Sequence record: SRR16203515_705
Reading direction: 5' to 3' (one strand)
Length of the DNA stretch: 64,000 bases
Shown here: positions 32,892 through 42,956 of the stretch, piece by piece
How positions within the stretch are numbered: position 1 is the stretch's first letter
Layout: each line of letters starts with the position of its first letter
Translations under genes and position numbers: made by a program
The notes under the pieces: generated by a model
The model's input: the letters and a program-made list of their open reading frames with translations, nothing else
Databases searched by the model: none
Told to the model about the DNA's origin: nothing

Positions 32892-33221
32892 CTAGGATTC
32901 GGCCGTTTCAGGTGGAGAAAAATGGGGGTCATTGGGATTCAAGAAAATAAACTGTGATGCTTGCTCTCCTTCTGGTGTATCAAAATCGAGAATCGCCCCA
33001 TTTAAAAGATCCAAACTGGTCGGCGCAATGGCGACTTGAATACCATGTTGGTTCGAAACGGTATCGTTGTCACTTGCATCATCGAAACCCATCGCATATT
33101 CGATAGAGCCATCTGGCCCTCTTTTCGCAGCGATTCGAAGTGCTGTCGTCACTTGGGCATCTAGCGAGTCAATCGAAATTTTTATCTGCTCTGCAGCCTG
33201 TTCTGTTATGCGCAGCAACAT
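32892..33221 (-). CDS. dsrR: DsrR (IscA-like fold without Cys ligands)
   Basis: ITEQAAEQI, LRIAAKR..DGSIEYAMGFD, FIFLNPND; no cysteine; follows dsrN. Confidence 0.88.
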   Translation of the reverse strand: MLLRITEQAAEQIKISIDSLDAQVTTALRIAAKRGPDGSIEYAMGFDDASDNDTVSNQHGIQVAIAPTSLDLLNGAILDFDTPEGEQASQFIFLNPNDPHFSPPETAES

Positions 33222-33263
33222 ATCGCTTCTCCTAAAGTCGGCGCTCAGGGCGCTGATAGTTAA

Positions 33264-34661
33264 TTACTTGCGATGTTCGTGAACAAAATCCACGAAAGCG
33301 TCAACCCAGGGATTGGCTTGCACATGACGCTGATGCGCATAACCCGCCAATAAATTATGAATATGAATGCCATCGCGCGAGCCATCAAGTCCGTGACCCC
33401 GTTCAACGGTGAAAGCCGTAGACCAATTGGCATCAACGGGTTCTAGTAATGAATGATGAAATTCATGGGCCGGAATCAGAGATCTTGCGTTTTCTCCGGT
33501 AGCAGTCCACGGATGATCTGATCGTATGCGAAGTTGCATATATCCTCGACCGACGGGACGGTTAAGCACTTTTGTATGAGCAGGAATAACGCCAACCATC
33601 GGCCCGCTCTGATCACGCCAACTAATCGAACAACTCAAGTACATAAGCCCGCCACACTCCGCGTATGCAGGACCCCCAGACTCAATAAACATCTTTATCT
33701 CGGAACGCATTGTCTTATTTGCAGCTAAGTCCTCGATGAAACACTCCGGAAATCCACCGCCAATAAAGATCCCGTCAACGTCCGGCAGGTACTGATCGGA
33801 AAGTGTATCGAACGGGACGAGCTCTGCCCCCGCACTTTCAAACGCAGCCATGTCATCAGGGTAGTAAAAGCCAAATGCCCGATCGCGTGCGATACCAATC
33901 TTGAGGGGACGAGCAGTTAACCGTCGTACGGTGAGATCGTCACTATTACTTTTCAAGACAGGATTCGGATCCGGGCCGATCTCAGCTGATGTCAATTCGA
34001 GCAACTGATCCAGATCGACCGATTTCTCGATCACATCACTGATTTGGTCTATTTTTACGGTTGCCTCAGATGCCTCATTTTCTGGAACAAGACCAAGATG
34101 TCGCTCATCAATACTGAGGACTGGATCACGACCGATTACACCAATCACAGGCAGACTGGTGTATCTCTCAATTGCCGCCCTGAGCTTGCCTTCCTGGCGG
34201 GGACTGGCAACCCGATTCAAAATTACGCCCACAATTTTCACCTCCGGATCAAAACTAACATAGCCCTTCAACAGAGGCGCGATCCCTCGCGTGATACCCA
34301 CCACATCAATCACCAAAACAACCGGTATATTTAATTTTGAAACTAACGCGGCATTGCAATCTGAACCTTCAACATCCAAGCCATCATAAAGACCTTTATT
34401 TCCCTCAATAATCGTGACATCGGTATTGCGGCGATGCAAATCAAAACACGTCTTGATTTCCTCATGACCCATTGTAAAAAAATCAAGATTCCAGCACTCG
34501 CGGTCACTCGCGTGATGCAGCCATTTGGGGTCAATGTAATCCGGCCCTTTTTTGAAAGTAGCAACCCGCAGGCCGCGCCGCCTTAATGCCCGGGCAATCC
34601 CGATGCTGACAACCGTCTTTCCCGAGGACTTGTGAGCGGCTGAGATATAAAACTGTTTCAC
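33264..34661 (-). CDS. dsrN: Siroheme amidase DsrN (cobyrinate a,c-diamide synthase family)
   Basis: SAAHKSSGKT, FKKGPDYIDP, EGNKGLYDG, YAECGGLMYL, HEFH; in the dsr operon. Confidence 0.93.
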   Translation of the reverse strand: MKQFYISAAHKSSGKTVVSIGIARALRRRGLRVATFKKGPDYIDPKWLHHASDRECWNLDFFTMGHEEIKTCFDLHRRNTDVTIIEGNKGLYDGLDVEGSDCNAALVSKLNIPVVLVIDVVGITRGIAPLLKGYVSFDPEVKIVGVILNRVASPRQEGKLRAAIERYTSLPVIGVIGRDPVLSIDERHLGLVPENEASEATVKIDQISDVIEKSVDLDQLLELTSAEIGPDPNPVLKSNSDDLTVRRLTARPLKIGIARDRAFGFYYPDDMAAFESAGAELVPFDTLSDQYLPDVDGIFIGGGFPECFIEDLAANKTMRSEIKMFIESGGPAYAECGGLMYLSCSISWRDQSGPMVGVIPAHTKVLNRPVGRGYMQLRIRSDHPWTATGENARSLIPAHEFHHSLLEPVDANWSTAFTVERGHGLDGSRDGIHIHNLLAGYAHQRHVQANPWVDAFVDFVHEHRK

Positions 34662-34712
34662 TGTAAAAAACGCCGCGAACCAATATGAAGGTTCAACAAT
34701 TAGCGAAATCGC

Positions 34713-35903
34713 TTAGGAGGATGGGCCGCTATCAAAGGCAGCCGTCGGCAAAAATGCCAGGACCCGCGTCCCTATCAGATACGTCAGTAACGCTAACCCT
34801 ACGCCACCCATACCTAAGCCAAACTCGGCCAAAGACGGATGATATTCGGCAGTAACCCCGTCAAAAAATCCGCTTGTTTCTGTAAATCCGGGCACGATAT
34901 CAATCGGAAATACCTGTCCGCCAATGATCAAAACATATAACTGGCAAAAAGCGCCCACGAGTACCAACGAAGCCGCCACAATGGTGGGCACCAACGTGCT
35001 GCATCGGCGCTGCATAAGCATGACGGCGGGCAATATGGTGCCTAGAAGAATTTGACCTATCCAGAACAACATTGAATAGATCCCGCCTTCGAGCAGGATA
35101 AAGCGCTCCACGGAATAATGTTCCGCCCCGTAGAGGCGGGTCAGATGATCAACTACCACAAAAAAAGCAACGGCGATAATGAAATATGCGAGCAATCGGC
35201 GCAGATTTAACATCAATTCGGTTGGAAGACCATCTCCTCTAATGCTAAAAATCAGGGCGCTTAAAATTAAGGTCAGGGCCGTTCCAAACGATAGAGACAT
35301 CGCGATAAACATGGGCGCAAGCACTGCACTATCGAACGCTTCGCGCGCCGCTAAAAAAGCAAAAATAGAACCCGTACCTGTTGTGAGCATCAAACGCCAG
35401 GCAAATGCGGTAGTCCCTACCCGGCCCACAAAACGATTCATCCGGGGTTCAAACATCATCCAGAGATACACCACCACCAAGACGATAAATCCGGTATAGA
35501 GAAAAATATTCCAGGCAAAAATAGACCTGAAGTTGTAATGCGTCATGGCCACAATCAGTCGATCAGGCCGACCCAGATCAAGCACCAGCACTGTGAGGCC
35601 ACCTACTAATAAAGTAATCGCCATCAAAGCAGACAACCTTGACAAAGGTTTATAGGTTTCCCTGCCGAAGACGGACGCGATCGACGCCACGTTTAATGCC
35701 CCAGATGCCGACACAATTAAGAAAACCGCGAAAACATGCGGGACGCCCCACACTACGCGATTATTCATACCGGTCACCCAGTGACCCGCGCTCTCCATAT
35801 GATGAGCAGACGCAAGACCCGCCACGACAAACGCAGTCGCGATCGCCACGACCGACCAAAACGAGGTCGAGGATGGCATATGTTGAAAAGTAGGCGTCCT
35901 CAT
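34713..35903 (-). CDS. dsrP: DsrP (NrfD/PsrC-family membrane protein)
   Basis: GHWVTGMNNRVVWGVPHVFAVFL, LDLGRPDRL, LTTGTGSIF. Confidence 0.93.
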   Translation of the reverse strand: MRTPTFQHMPSSTSFWSVVAIATAFVVAGLASAHHMESAGHWVTGMNNRVVWGVPHVFAVFLIVSASGALNVASIASVFGRETYKPLSRLSALMAITLLVGGLTVLVLDLGRPDRLIVAMTHYNFRSIFAWNIFLYTGFIVLVVVYLWMMFEPRMNRFVGRVGTTAFAWRLMLTTGTGSIFAFLAAREAFDSAVLAPMFIAMSLSFGTALTLILSALIFSIRGDGLPTELMLNLRRLLAYFIIAVAFFVVVDHLTRLYGAEHYSVERFILLEGGIYSMLFWIGQILLGTILPAVMLMQRRCSTLVPTIVAASLVLVGAFCQLYVLIIGGQVFPIDIVPGFTETSGFFDGVTAEYHPSLAEFGLGMGGVGLALLTYLIGTRVLAFLPTAAFDSGPSS

Positions 35904-35913
35904 GAGATTGCAG

Positions 35914-36681
35914 TCAAAAGCTCGTGTAACGCACGCCCGTATTAAGTTTTAGATCAGGACGTAACTCCCGAGTCGCTGTTTTACTGCTCAAAGAAGCCAG
36001 AGGTCCTGCGGCATCTTCGAGATCGCCAAATACCAAAGCGTCATGGCCCGCCTCACGACAGGCCTCAACGCAAGCCGGCTGTTGATCCTCGTCAACCCGG
36101 TGCACACACAGCGTACAACTCTCGACGGTGCCCTTCCCACGCGGTGAATGCGTCTTTTGACCCGTCAAATCTTCATGGATAAATGATCGAGCCTGAAAAG
36201 GACACGCCATCATGCAGTAGCGACACCCGATACAAATATGCTTATCAACTAAGACAATCCCGTCTGCTCGACGAAAGGATGCGCCCGTTGGACAGACATC
36301 GACACAAGGCGGATCCTCACAGTGTTGGCAAAGAATGGGGATGGACAATTCGTGACCGGTCTGCTCATCTTTTAAGTCAACCTTTCGGATCCACTGTGCA
36401 TCGGTCTCGGGACGACCATGACCGGAAAGGCCGTGTTCACTATTGCAAGCGGATACACACTCATCACATCCACTCTCACACTTGGCCGTGTCGACCAAAA
36501 GACCCCACCGCTTATCATTGCTCGGAGGACTATCCTCACTGTTCGCCACTGCGAGTTCGACGAGACGCACGCCCGGGGCAAGCGCCATCAGCGAAACCCC
36601 GGCCGCAGCCTGGGTAAAAAAAGTTCGACGTTGTTGAGCGAGTGCGGCGCTTTCGTCTTTTTTCATCGGTTTACACGACAT
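35914..36681 (-). CDS. dsrO: DsrO periplasmic Fe-S protein
   Basis: Tat motif RRTFF, CQHCEDPPCVDVCP, CIGCRYCMMACP, CTLCVH. Start 36681 or 36666. Confidence 0.93.
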   Translation of the reverse strand: MSCKPMKKDESAALAQQRRTFFTQAAAGVSLMALAPGVRLVELAVANSEDSPPSNDKRWGLLVDTAKCESGCDECVSACNSEHGLSGHGRPETDAQWIRKVDLKDEQTGHELSIPILCQHCEDPPCVDVCPTGASFRRADGIVLVDKHICIGCRYCMMACPFQARSFIHEDLTGQKTHSPRGKGTVESCTLCVHRVDEDQQPACVEACREAGHDALVFGDLEDAAGPLASLSSKTATRELRPDLKLNTGVRYTSF

Positions 36682-36701
36682 GATGGCAATTGTCCTACTT
36701 T

Positions 36702-37094
36702 CTAATCTGGGACCGTAGCATGACAGGTAAAACAATCAATCTTCACCGCGGCATAGGTATGACAAGTTTGACAGAACTGTCCCTCGGCATTAATCGGTAA
36801 GAATTCTCCGTCAGTGCCTTTTGACGCATGGCAGTCAATACATCCGGCCAAACTATGCCGCGTCCCGCGAATCCCATGATAAACCGTTTGGTCGCGCTGA
36901 TGCTTGATAAATTCAAAATGATCCCGACGCATAATCTCTATCGGTTCAACGCACTGCGCACCACGCCCCATCGGTACTTCCGGCGTGACAACATCCGCTA
37001 CTGCGGCTCCGGTACTCGAGAGAAGAGTCAAAAAAAGCGCGATTAACCCCGCAATTGAATTACGGTCAAGATTAATCACTGTCGTGCGCTTCAA
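36702..37094 (-). CDS. dsrJ: DsrJ triheme cytochrome c
   Basis: Signal peptide; CVE..MRRDH, CIDCH, CQTCH, CFTCH. Confidence 0.93.
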   Translation of the reverse strand: MKRTTVINLDRNSIAGLIALFLTLLSSTGAAVADVVTPEVPMGRGAQCVEPIEIMRRDHFEFIKHQRDQTVYHGIRGTRHSLAGCIDCHASKGTDGEFLPINAEGQFCQTCHTYAAVKIDCFTCHATVPD

Positions 37095-37105
37095 TCACTC
37101 TGGAC

Positions 37106-39058
37106 CTATTCACCCATACCCATGTCAATATAACCGGTTGGGCAAACATCGGCACAAATATGGCATCCAATACATTTAGAGTAGTCAGTATCAACATAGC
37201 GACCGGTCGTATACTGATCTTTTGAGACCTTAAAAACGGCATCCTGCGGGCAAAAAATAATGCAATTGTCGCACTCAAAGCAAAGGCCGCAACTCATACA
37301 TCGCTCAGCCTCGGATTTAGCTGCATCATCATTTAAGCCGTGATGTCGCTCCTCAAAGTGACCCAGCACTTCTTCTGAGTTCGGTACAGTCGTTGCCCGC
37401 ATATTGCGCGGGGTCTCTTCAAAATGCCCAAGAAATAAACCGTCAGACGGGATAATCTCATGAGCAGAACGGTCTTCGTAGTTATGGACTGCAAAATCTG
37501 CCTCCGCGGTACCCCAAGTCTCGCTATGATCATACGCTCCGGGCGCAAGAGACTGCTCGTTAAGTTTGGCCAGCAGGTCAAAATGATAGACATCTACTTT
37601 AGGTCGTCGACCCGGCGCTTCATCTTTTAAATAGTGATCCACACTCTTCGCTGCAATCGTTGCCTGCCCGATCGCCGTCGTCAACAGATGGGGCCGCACA
37701 ATGTCCCCAGCCACAAAATGACCCTCTCGGTCAGGGACCTGGAAAAAATGATCCGCATCAATAAGTTGCCGCTCGTTCCCCATCTCCTCAATGCCTGAAA
37801 GGTCTCCTGCCTGCCCGATCGCTGACACAATTAAATCGGCTTCCACCTCAAACTCGGTGCCCTCCACCGGCATCGGTACTCCTTTATCATTAAATTGACA
37901 CTTCGCGAGCCGAAGCGCTGTCGCTCGACCATGCTCGTTGCGAACAAGACCAATCGGCAGGACACCGTTAATAATCGTCACGCCCTCAGTCAACGCATCA
38001 TCGACTTCTTCTTCGGTTGCTGTCATGTCTGGACGCTCAAATAGCGCCGTGAGGGTGACCTGCGCACCCTGTCGAGCCGCAACCATGGCAGAGTCATGAG
38101 CCGCGTAGCCGCCAATCACTTCTTCCGGCCGGTCTTTATCGCTAATTTTTTCTATCTTTCCTAACCGGCGGGCAACTGACACCACGTCAATAGACGTATC
38201 ACCACCACCGATACAAACAACACGCTCCGCCGTCACTTTCATCGAGCCTTTGTTGAACGCATCGAGGAACGAAACACCCGAGACACAGTTTGGCGTATCT
38301 TCCCAACCCTCAATCGGTAAATCACGGCCACTCTGGCACCCAACCGCCCAGAGAATCGCATCAAATTCAGACTCGAGTTCAGCAATCGATATATCGGTGC
38401 CGACCCGTACTCCGAAACGGACCTCAATATCGCCTAGCTCTAAAATTCGATCAATCTCACGATCCAATCGCTCTCGTGGCGTACGGTATCCCGGAATACC
38501 ATAGCGGAACATACCGCCGAGTTTTTGCTGCGATTCAAAAATGGTTGATGCGTAACCCAATCGGCGAAGTTGATAAGCACCAGCAAGGCCAGCCGGTCCT
38601 CCTCCAATGATTGCCACGCGTTTATCACAAACTTTTGGCGCTGCCTCAAACCGAAACCCCTCCGCAAATGCGGTATCACCAATAAATTGCTCAACAGAGT
38701 TGATGCCCACAAAGTCATCGACGTTATTACGGTTACAACCGCTCTCACAGGGCGCAGGGCAGACTCGACCCATCATCGCCGGGAAGGGATTTGCGTCAGT
38801 CGCTCGCCGAAAAGCATACTCCTGCCAGGTCATTCCCTCAGGCGGACGCTCCATGCCGCGAACAATTTGTAGCCAGCCGCGAATATCTTCCCCAGAGGGG
38901 CAACTGCCCTGACAGGGAGGCGTTCTGTGAACATAAGTCGGACACTTGTGCGAATTATCCTCATTAAATATTTGTTTTTTAAAGTCCTGCCACTGACTGT
39001 CTCCCTCTTCGTATTTTCGGAAGGTCAGTTTCTGCGCTTGTTCTTCGGAGGCTGCCAT
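37106..39058 (-). CDS. dsrL: DsrL iron-sulfur flavoprotein (probably NAD(H)-type DsrL-1)
   Basis: SHKCPTYV..TPPCQGSCP, GGGDTSIDV with no YRR motif, C-terminal ferredoxin CMSCGLCFECDNC and CIGCHICADVCP. Confidence 0.94.
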   Translation of the reverse strand: MAASEEQAQKLTFRKYEEGDSQWQDFKKQIFNEDNSHKCPTYVHRTPPCQGSCPSGEDIRGWLQIVRGMERPPEGMTWQEYAFRRATDANPFPAMMGRVCPAPCESGCNRNNVDDFVGINSVEQFIGDTAFAEGFRFEAAPKVCDKRVAIIGGGPAGLAGAYQLRRLGYASTIFESQQKLGGMFRYGIPGYRTPRERLDREIDRILELGDIEVRFGVRVGTDISIAELESEFDAILWAVGCQSGRDLPIEGWEDTPNCVSGVSFLDAFNKGSMKVTAERVVCIGGGDTSIDVVSVARRLGKIEKISDKDRPEEVIGGYAAHDSAMVAARQGAQVTLTALFERPDMTATEEEVDDALTEGVTIINGVLPIGLVRNEHGRATALRLAKCQFNDKGVPMPVEGTEFEVEADLIVSAIGQAGDLSGIEEMGNERQLIDADHFFQVPDREGHFVAGDIVRPHLLTTAIGQATIAAKSVDHYLKDEAPGRRPKVDVYHFDLLAKLNEQSLAPGAYDHSETWGTAEADFAVHNYEDRSAHEIIPSDGLFLGHFEETPRNMRATTVPNSEEVLGHFEERHHGLNDDAAKSEAERCMSCGLCFECDNCIIFCPQDAVFKVSKDQYTTGRYVDTDYSKCIGCHICADVCPTGYIDMGMGE

Positions 39059-39102
39059 CGCCGTTCCTCTCCTTTTCATATCAGCCGCGGCTTGCGGCTT
39101 TC

Positions 39103-40599
39103 TTAATGGTCGCTATTAAATACGAGTGCATCACCAATTAATTGGTGAACACTAATAATCATGTCCATGCCCATTCCGTAATGGGGTAAGACTTTCGAAA
39201 ACTGGCTTTTGCATATCGCGCAAATCGCCGCCATATGCGTCACGCCATGAGATTCAATCACCTGTTGGAGCGCTTGCGCGCGCGGTAACGCACCCTTCAC
39301 ACGAAGCTCAATCAGATCATCCGTCAGCAAACCCCCGCCGCCGCCGCAACAGAACGTATGTTCGTGGATCGTATCGGGTGCCATGTCTACAAAATGATTA
39401 CATGCTGATCGAATCAGATTCCGGGGAATCGTAAACTGGCCTCCTGGCGTTGAGCCGAGGCGAGAGCCCCGAGACACATTACAAGAGTCATGAAAAGTAA
39501 CGACTTTATCGTCGTTGGCCTCAGGATCGATTTTCAAACCCCCACTTGCAAGAAGGTCATTAGTGAATTCACAAATGTGTTGGGGCACCGGGTAGGCAGG
39601 ATCTAAAAAATCGAAAGGCCCTATAAGCGTATTCCAAAAACTGTAGGCCACCCGCCACGCGTGCCCGCATTCCCCGACCACAATTCGTTTGACACCAAGA
39701 TCCAGCGCTGCCTGCCGAATCCGCTCGGCAACTTTTTGCATATTCTCGTAGTTGCCGATGAAAATCCCGAAATTAGCCGCTTCAGAAGCATAGGAGCTGA
39801 GTGTCCAGCTTATTCCTGCCTGATGAAAAACTTTTGCATAGCCAATCAATCCATCCACATGGGGTTCAGCAAAGAAATCTGCCGAGGGCGTAACAAGCAG
39901 GACATCGGCGCCTTTCTGGTCAAGCGGAAACTTAACGGGGACGTTAATATCTTCTTCAACTTCTTCTTCAAGGCCTTCAAGCGTATCCGCTAGAGCAGGC
40001 TCTGGCAGGCCAAGATTGTTTCCTATCTTATGAACCTTGCCAATGATTTCGTTGGAATATTTCTGACCCACTCCAATTGTCGCAAGAATCTCACGTCCCG
40101 CCATCGTGATCTCAGCTGTATCGATACCATAGGGACAGTAAACTGAACAACGTCGACATTCCGAACACTGATGGTAGTAGCTATACCAGTCGTTGATCAC
40201 ATCCTCAGAGAGTTCTACCGCACCGACCAGTTTGGGGAACCACTTACCGGCAAGCGTAAAATAACGACGATAGACCTTTCGCATCAGATCCTGTCGGGCA
40301 ACTGGCATATTCTTGGGATCACCCGTGCCCAAATAATAATGACACTTATCAGTACATGCCCCACACTTGACGCAGGAATCCATGAAAACCTGGAGCGAGC
40401 GGTAGCGGCCCAGCAAATCACCCATCTTCTCCAGCGCAACTTCCTGCCAGTTGTCGACTAATTCACCCGGGAATCCAAGTGGCTCCTGATGCGCAGGCTT
40501 TGCGACAAAAGGCTTGCTATGCGCCATCGCATCACGCTGCACTGCTGGCGTACTCAACCAATCCTTCAGTGCAGGCGTTTCAAATTCTATTTTTGCCAT
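39103..40599 (-). CDS. dsrK: DsrK (HdrD-like Fe-S protein)
   Basis: CVKCGACTDKC, CSECRRCSVYCP, GECGH, HDSC, CCGGGGG; start placed at ATG 40599. Confidence 0.95.
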   Translation of the reverse strand: MAKIEFETPALKDWLSTPAVQRDAMAHSKPFVAKPAHQEPLGFPGELVDNWQEVALEKMGDLLGRYRSLQVFMDSCVKCGACTDKCHYYLGTGDPKNMPVARQDLMRKVYRRYFTLAGKWFPKLVGAVELSEDVINDWYSYYHQCSECRRCSVYCPYGIDTAEITMAGREILATIGVGQKYSNEIIGKVHKIGNNLGLPEPALADTLEGLEEEVEEDINVPVKFPLDQKGADVLLVTPSADFFAEPHVDGLIGYAKVFHQAGISWTLSSYASEAANFGIFIGNYENMQKVAERIRQAALDLGVKRIVVGECGHAWRVAYSFWNTLIGPFDFLDPAYPVPQHICEFTNDLLASGGLKIDPEANDDKVVTFHDSCNVSRGSRLGSTPGGQFTIPRNLIRSACNHFVDMAPDTIHEHTFCCGGGGGLLTDDLIELRVKGALPRAQALQQVIESHGVTHMAAICAICKSQFSKVLPHYGMGMDMIISVHQLIGDALVFNSDH

Positions 40600-40618
40600 C
40601 GTGCGAGAGCCCTCACCT

Positions 40619-41356
40619 CTATTCGCTACCTGACCGCGGTGGATCATTCGCCCATGGCGCGACATGCCGATGCTCTCGAGGCGTATCGCGCATATTTCGA
40701 GTCGGACTAAAGAAGACCCCGGGTGCATGCAACAGTTTACTGAATGGAAAAATCAGCATGAGCACCAAAACAAAAGACAAGTGCAGAATTAAAAGTCCAT
40801 CAGATGGCAACGGCTGCCAATCGAAACGCACAAGGCCAAGTGCAAACGCTTTGACAGACACGATATCGGTATGTTGACCATACTTCATCGCAAGACCCGA
40901 TCCTGCAATAGCCAGTAATAGCGCGAGCATCAGATGGTCAGACGGCGCACTGATATATCGAATTCGATCGACCATGAGTCGGCGTAACCAAAGTCCAGCA
41001 AGGCCCAGAAACATCGCAATTCCGGCATAAACACCCGCCCACTGAATCAAAATTACCCACGACCATACCGGCTCTGTAAAGTAGCGTAAGTGGCGCATGA
41101 GCGCGACAAGCATTCCAAAATGAAATAGCCATCCAAACAGCCAACTCCACTTACTCCCTTTGAAAAGACTTTCAAAGAACACCACTTCTCGGAACATCCG
41201 AGCGCAGACCCCCGTTCTGGTGGTCGGGGCGGGGGTCGTGGGGATCACCAGCGGGGCTGGCGTGCGCGAGTATCGCAAAATCCGCTCCCCCAAGCCGACA
41301 AGAAATATTACCGTTGCCAGGTAGAAAAGTATTGCAAAAATTGATCCTAGAAGCAC
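40619..41356 (-). CDS. dsrM: DsrM (NarI-like membrane cytochrome b)
   Basis: PTTPAPTT, FHFG..L.RHLRYF, HL..V..L...FPFSKLLH. Confidence 0.94.
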   Translation of the reverse strand: MLLGSIFAILFYLATVIFLVGLGERILRYSRTPAPLVIPTTPAPTTRTGVCARMFREVVFFESLFKGSKWSWLFGWLFHFGMLVALMRHLRYFTEPVWSWVILIQWAGVYAGIAMFLGLAGLWLRRLMVDRIRYISAPSDHLMLALLLAIAGSGLAMKYGQHTDIVSVKAFALGLVRFDWQPLPSDGLLILHLSFVLVLMLIFPFSKLLHAPGVFFSPTRNMRDTPREHRHVAPWANDPPRSGSE

Positions 41357-41384
41357 AAGCGTAGCGTTGCCGGTTCGAGATAAT

Positions 41385-41413
41385 GAGCGCGATGTTGAAC
41401 TAACGCAGCGCTC
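41385..41413 (-). other. Intergenic stem-loop between dsrC and dsrM (no U tract)
   Basis: Minus strand: GAGCGC-TGCGTT-AGTTC-AACATC-GCGCTC; 6-bp outer stem and imperfect inner stem. Confidence 0.4.
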
Positions 41414-41451
41414 TAATACTGAGCATAAAACTCAATTACTCAAAAACGGTA

Positions 41452-41784
41452 TCAGACGCAGCCTGTTGGCTTTGGAAGACCGGCATACTTACAAGCTTGC
41501 TTGGCGGGTCCATAAGGGAACAATTCGTATAAGTACTTGCTGTTTCCTTTATCTTTACCGAGTTTTTTGCCAATTGCTTTGGTCAAGACCCGAACCGCCG
41601 GGGCAATCTGATATTCGTCATAATACTCACGCAAAAAGTTAATGACTTCCCAGTGATTTTCGTCCAAATCACAATCATCTTCCTTCGCCATATAAGCCGC
41701 CACATCAGCGTTCCACTCGCTCAAATCAGCGAGATAACCCTCTTCATCGACTTCATACGTTCTGCCGTCTAATTCAAATGCCAT
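41452..41784 (-). CDS. dsrC: DsrC sulfur carrier
   Basis: HWEVINFLREYY; C-terminus LFPYGPAKQACKYAGLPKPTGCV with both conserved Cys. Confidence 0.97.
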   Translation of the reverse strand: MAFELDGRTYEVDEEGYLADLSEWNADVAAYMAKEDDCDLDENHWEVINFLREYYDEYQIAPAVRVLTKAIGKKLGKDKGNSKYLYELFPYGPAKQACKYAGLPKPTGCV

Positions 41785-41816
41785 TTTCGAACTCCTCTTT
41801 TGGTGCTAAGTAAAAA

Positions 41817-42119
41817 CTAAAGCCAGCTCTGAACTTTATCGTTCACAGTTGCTAGCTCAACAAATCCATCGTAACCCGTCACTTTTATGCCGGAGATCAG
41901 ACGATCTTCTGAAATGCCGCGGGCCTTTAGATCTGGACCCAGCGCGTAGATTGTCACGTTATTTAACGCTTCCGCGATCGTGTCAGAGTGAATGCTTCCC
42001 GATAACGCGCCATAAACGCCATCTTCAATCAATAATAGATCACTCCCTTGCTTTGCCAGCGAGAGGCAGGTCCTGAGACTTGAAGAATCATGCGGAGATT
42101 TGTTCACAGTGTGTAGCAT
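41817..42119 (-). CDS. dsrH: DsrH
   Basis: MLHTVNKSP, LLLIEDGVY, DLKARG, QSWL. Confidence 0.95.
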   Translation of the reverse strand: MLHTVNKSPHDSSSLRTCLSLAKQGSDLLLIEDGVYGALSGSIHSDTIAEALNNVTIYALGPDLKARGISEDRLISGIKVTGYDGFVELATVNDKVQSWL

Positions 42120-42135
42120 CAGTTAAATCCTCGCA

Positions 42136-42543
42136 TCAGAAATTCAAGATCACATCTTGCGCTTCGAGCAAATCCGAGAGTTGTGCCCGACTCACAATGT
42201 GAATAGATTTTTTTTCAGCCCAGTCGTCGTCTTCATCTTCCCAGGTCAAGGGCATCAAATCATCTTCGTTGAGTCCGCGCTCTTCCAGAGACTCGCGCTC
42301 AACATAAAGACGATTAACTTCATAATCTCCCAGCGCTCGATAAGTCGGCGAGAAGTTTTTCATATCAGAATCAACTGTGTCCTGACCCTGCTTAAGCTGA
42401 AAAACGCCGTCACCAATAAACGCCATACTTACCTCTTGCTCAAATGCGGCACCAATGAGTACCACCTCAAGACCTTCAAGCGCATAAACCGTGCCATAGG
42501 GTGCATGACGGTTGACGTACATAAATTTTTTCGTTTCGCTCAT
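42136..42543 (-). CDS. dsrF: DsrF
   Basis: RHAPYGTVYALEGLEVVLIGAAFEQ, GDGVFQL. Confidence 0.95.
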   Translation of the reverse strand: MSETKKFMYVNRHAPYGTVYALEGLEVVLIGAAFEQEVSMAFIGDGVFQLKQGQDTVDSDMKNFSPTYRALGDYEVNRLYVERESLEERGLNEDDLMPLTWEDEDDDWAEKKSIHIVSRAQLSDLLEAQDVILNF

Positions 42544-42554
42544 CGTCAAATCCG

Positions 42555-42947
42555 CTAATCGCCGAAAACCAAAACACGATCTGACTGAATACCTGCTTCA
42601 ATCAGTTGACCCAGTCCAGAGATTCGGAAACCTGGTGCAATGTTGTCGGCATCTTTACCATTTCGCTTAGCCTCATCGGCATCCAAAATACCTCGACGCT
42701 GCGCGGCGGCCACACAGAGCACGAGATCAAGATCGTGTTCGGCCGCCAATGCACTCCAGCGATTGACAATATTCCGGTCATCCTGAGGCGGTGTTGTCAT
42801 GCGCGTGCCGTTATTAACGCCATCGTGATAGAAGAACACGCGAAAGACCTCATGCCCCGCTTTTAACGCCGCATCGATAAAGTGATACGCCGTATCGGCC
42901 GCCTGATGCGTATACGGTCCCTCGTTGACCATCACCGAAAACTTCAT
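42555..42947 (-). CDS. dsrE: DsrE sulfurtransferase
   Basis: EGPYTHQA, VFFYHDGV, LCVAAAQRRG, SGLGQL. Confidence 0.96.
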   Translation of the reverse strand: MKFSVMVNEGPYTHQAADTAYHFIDAALKAGHEVFRVFFYHDGVNNGTRMTTPPQDDRNIVNRWSALAAEHDLDLVLCVAAAQRRGILDADEAKRNGKDADNIAPGFRISGLGQLIEAGIQSDRVLVFGD

Positions 42948-42956
42948 CTGGCGTCC

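Noticed and set aside
32892-33221. Fe-S carrier IscA/ErpA
   Set aside because: It has no cysteines, and the context indicates DsrR.
33264-34661. Cobalamin biosynthesis gene cbiA/cobB
   Set aside because: Its position between dsrP and dsrR, with no other cob genes, indicates DsrN.
37106-39058. Glutamate synthase small subunit gltD
   Set aside because: The C-terminal ferredoxin domain and position within dsrMKLJOP identify DsrL.
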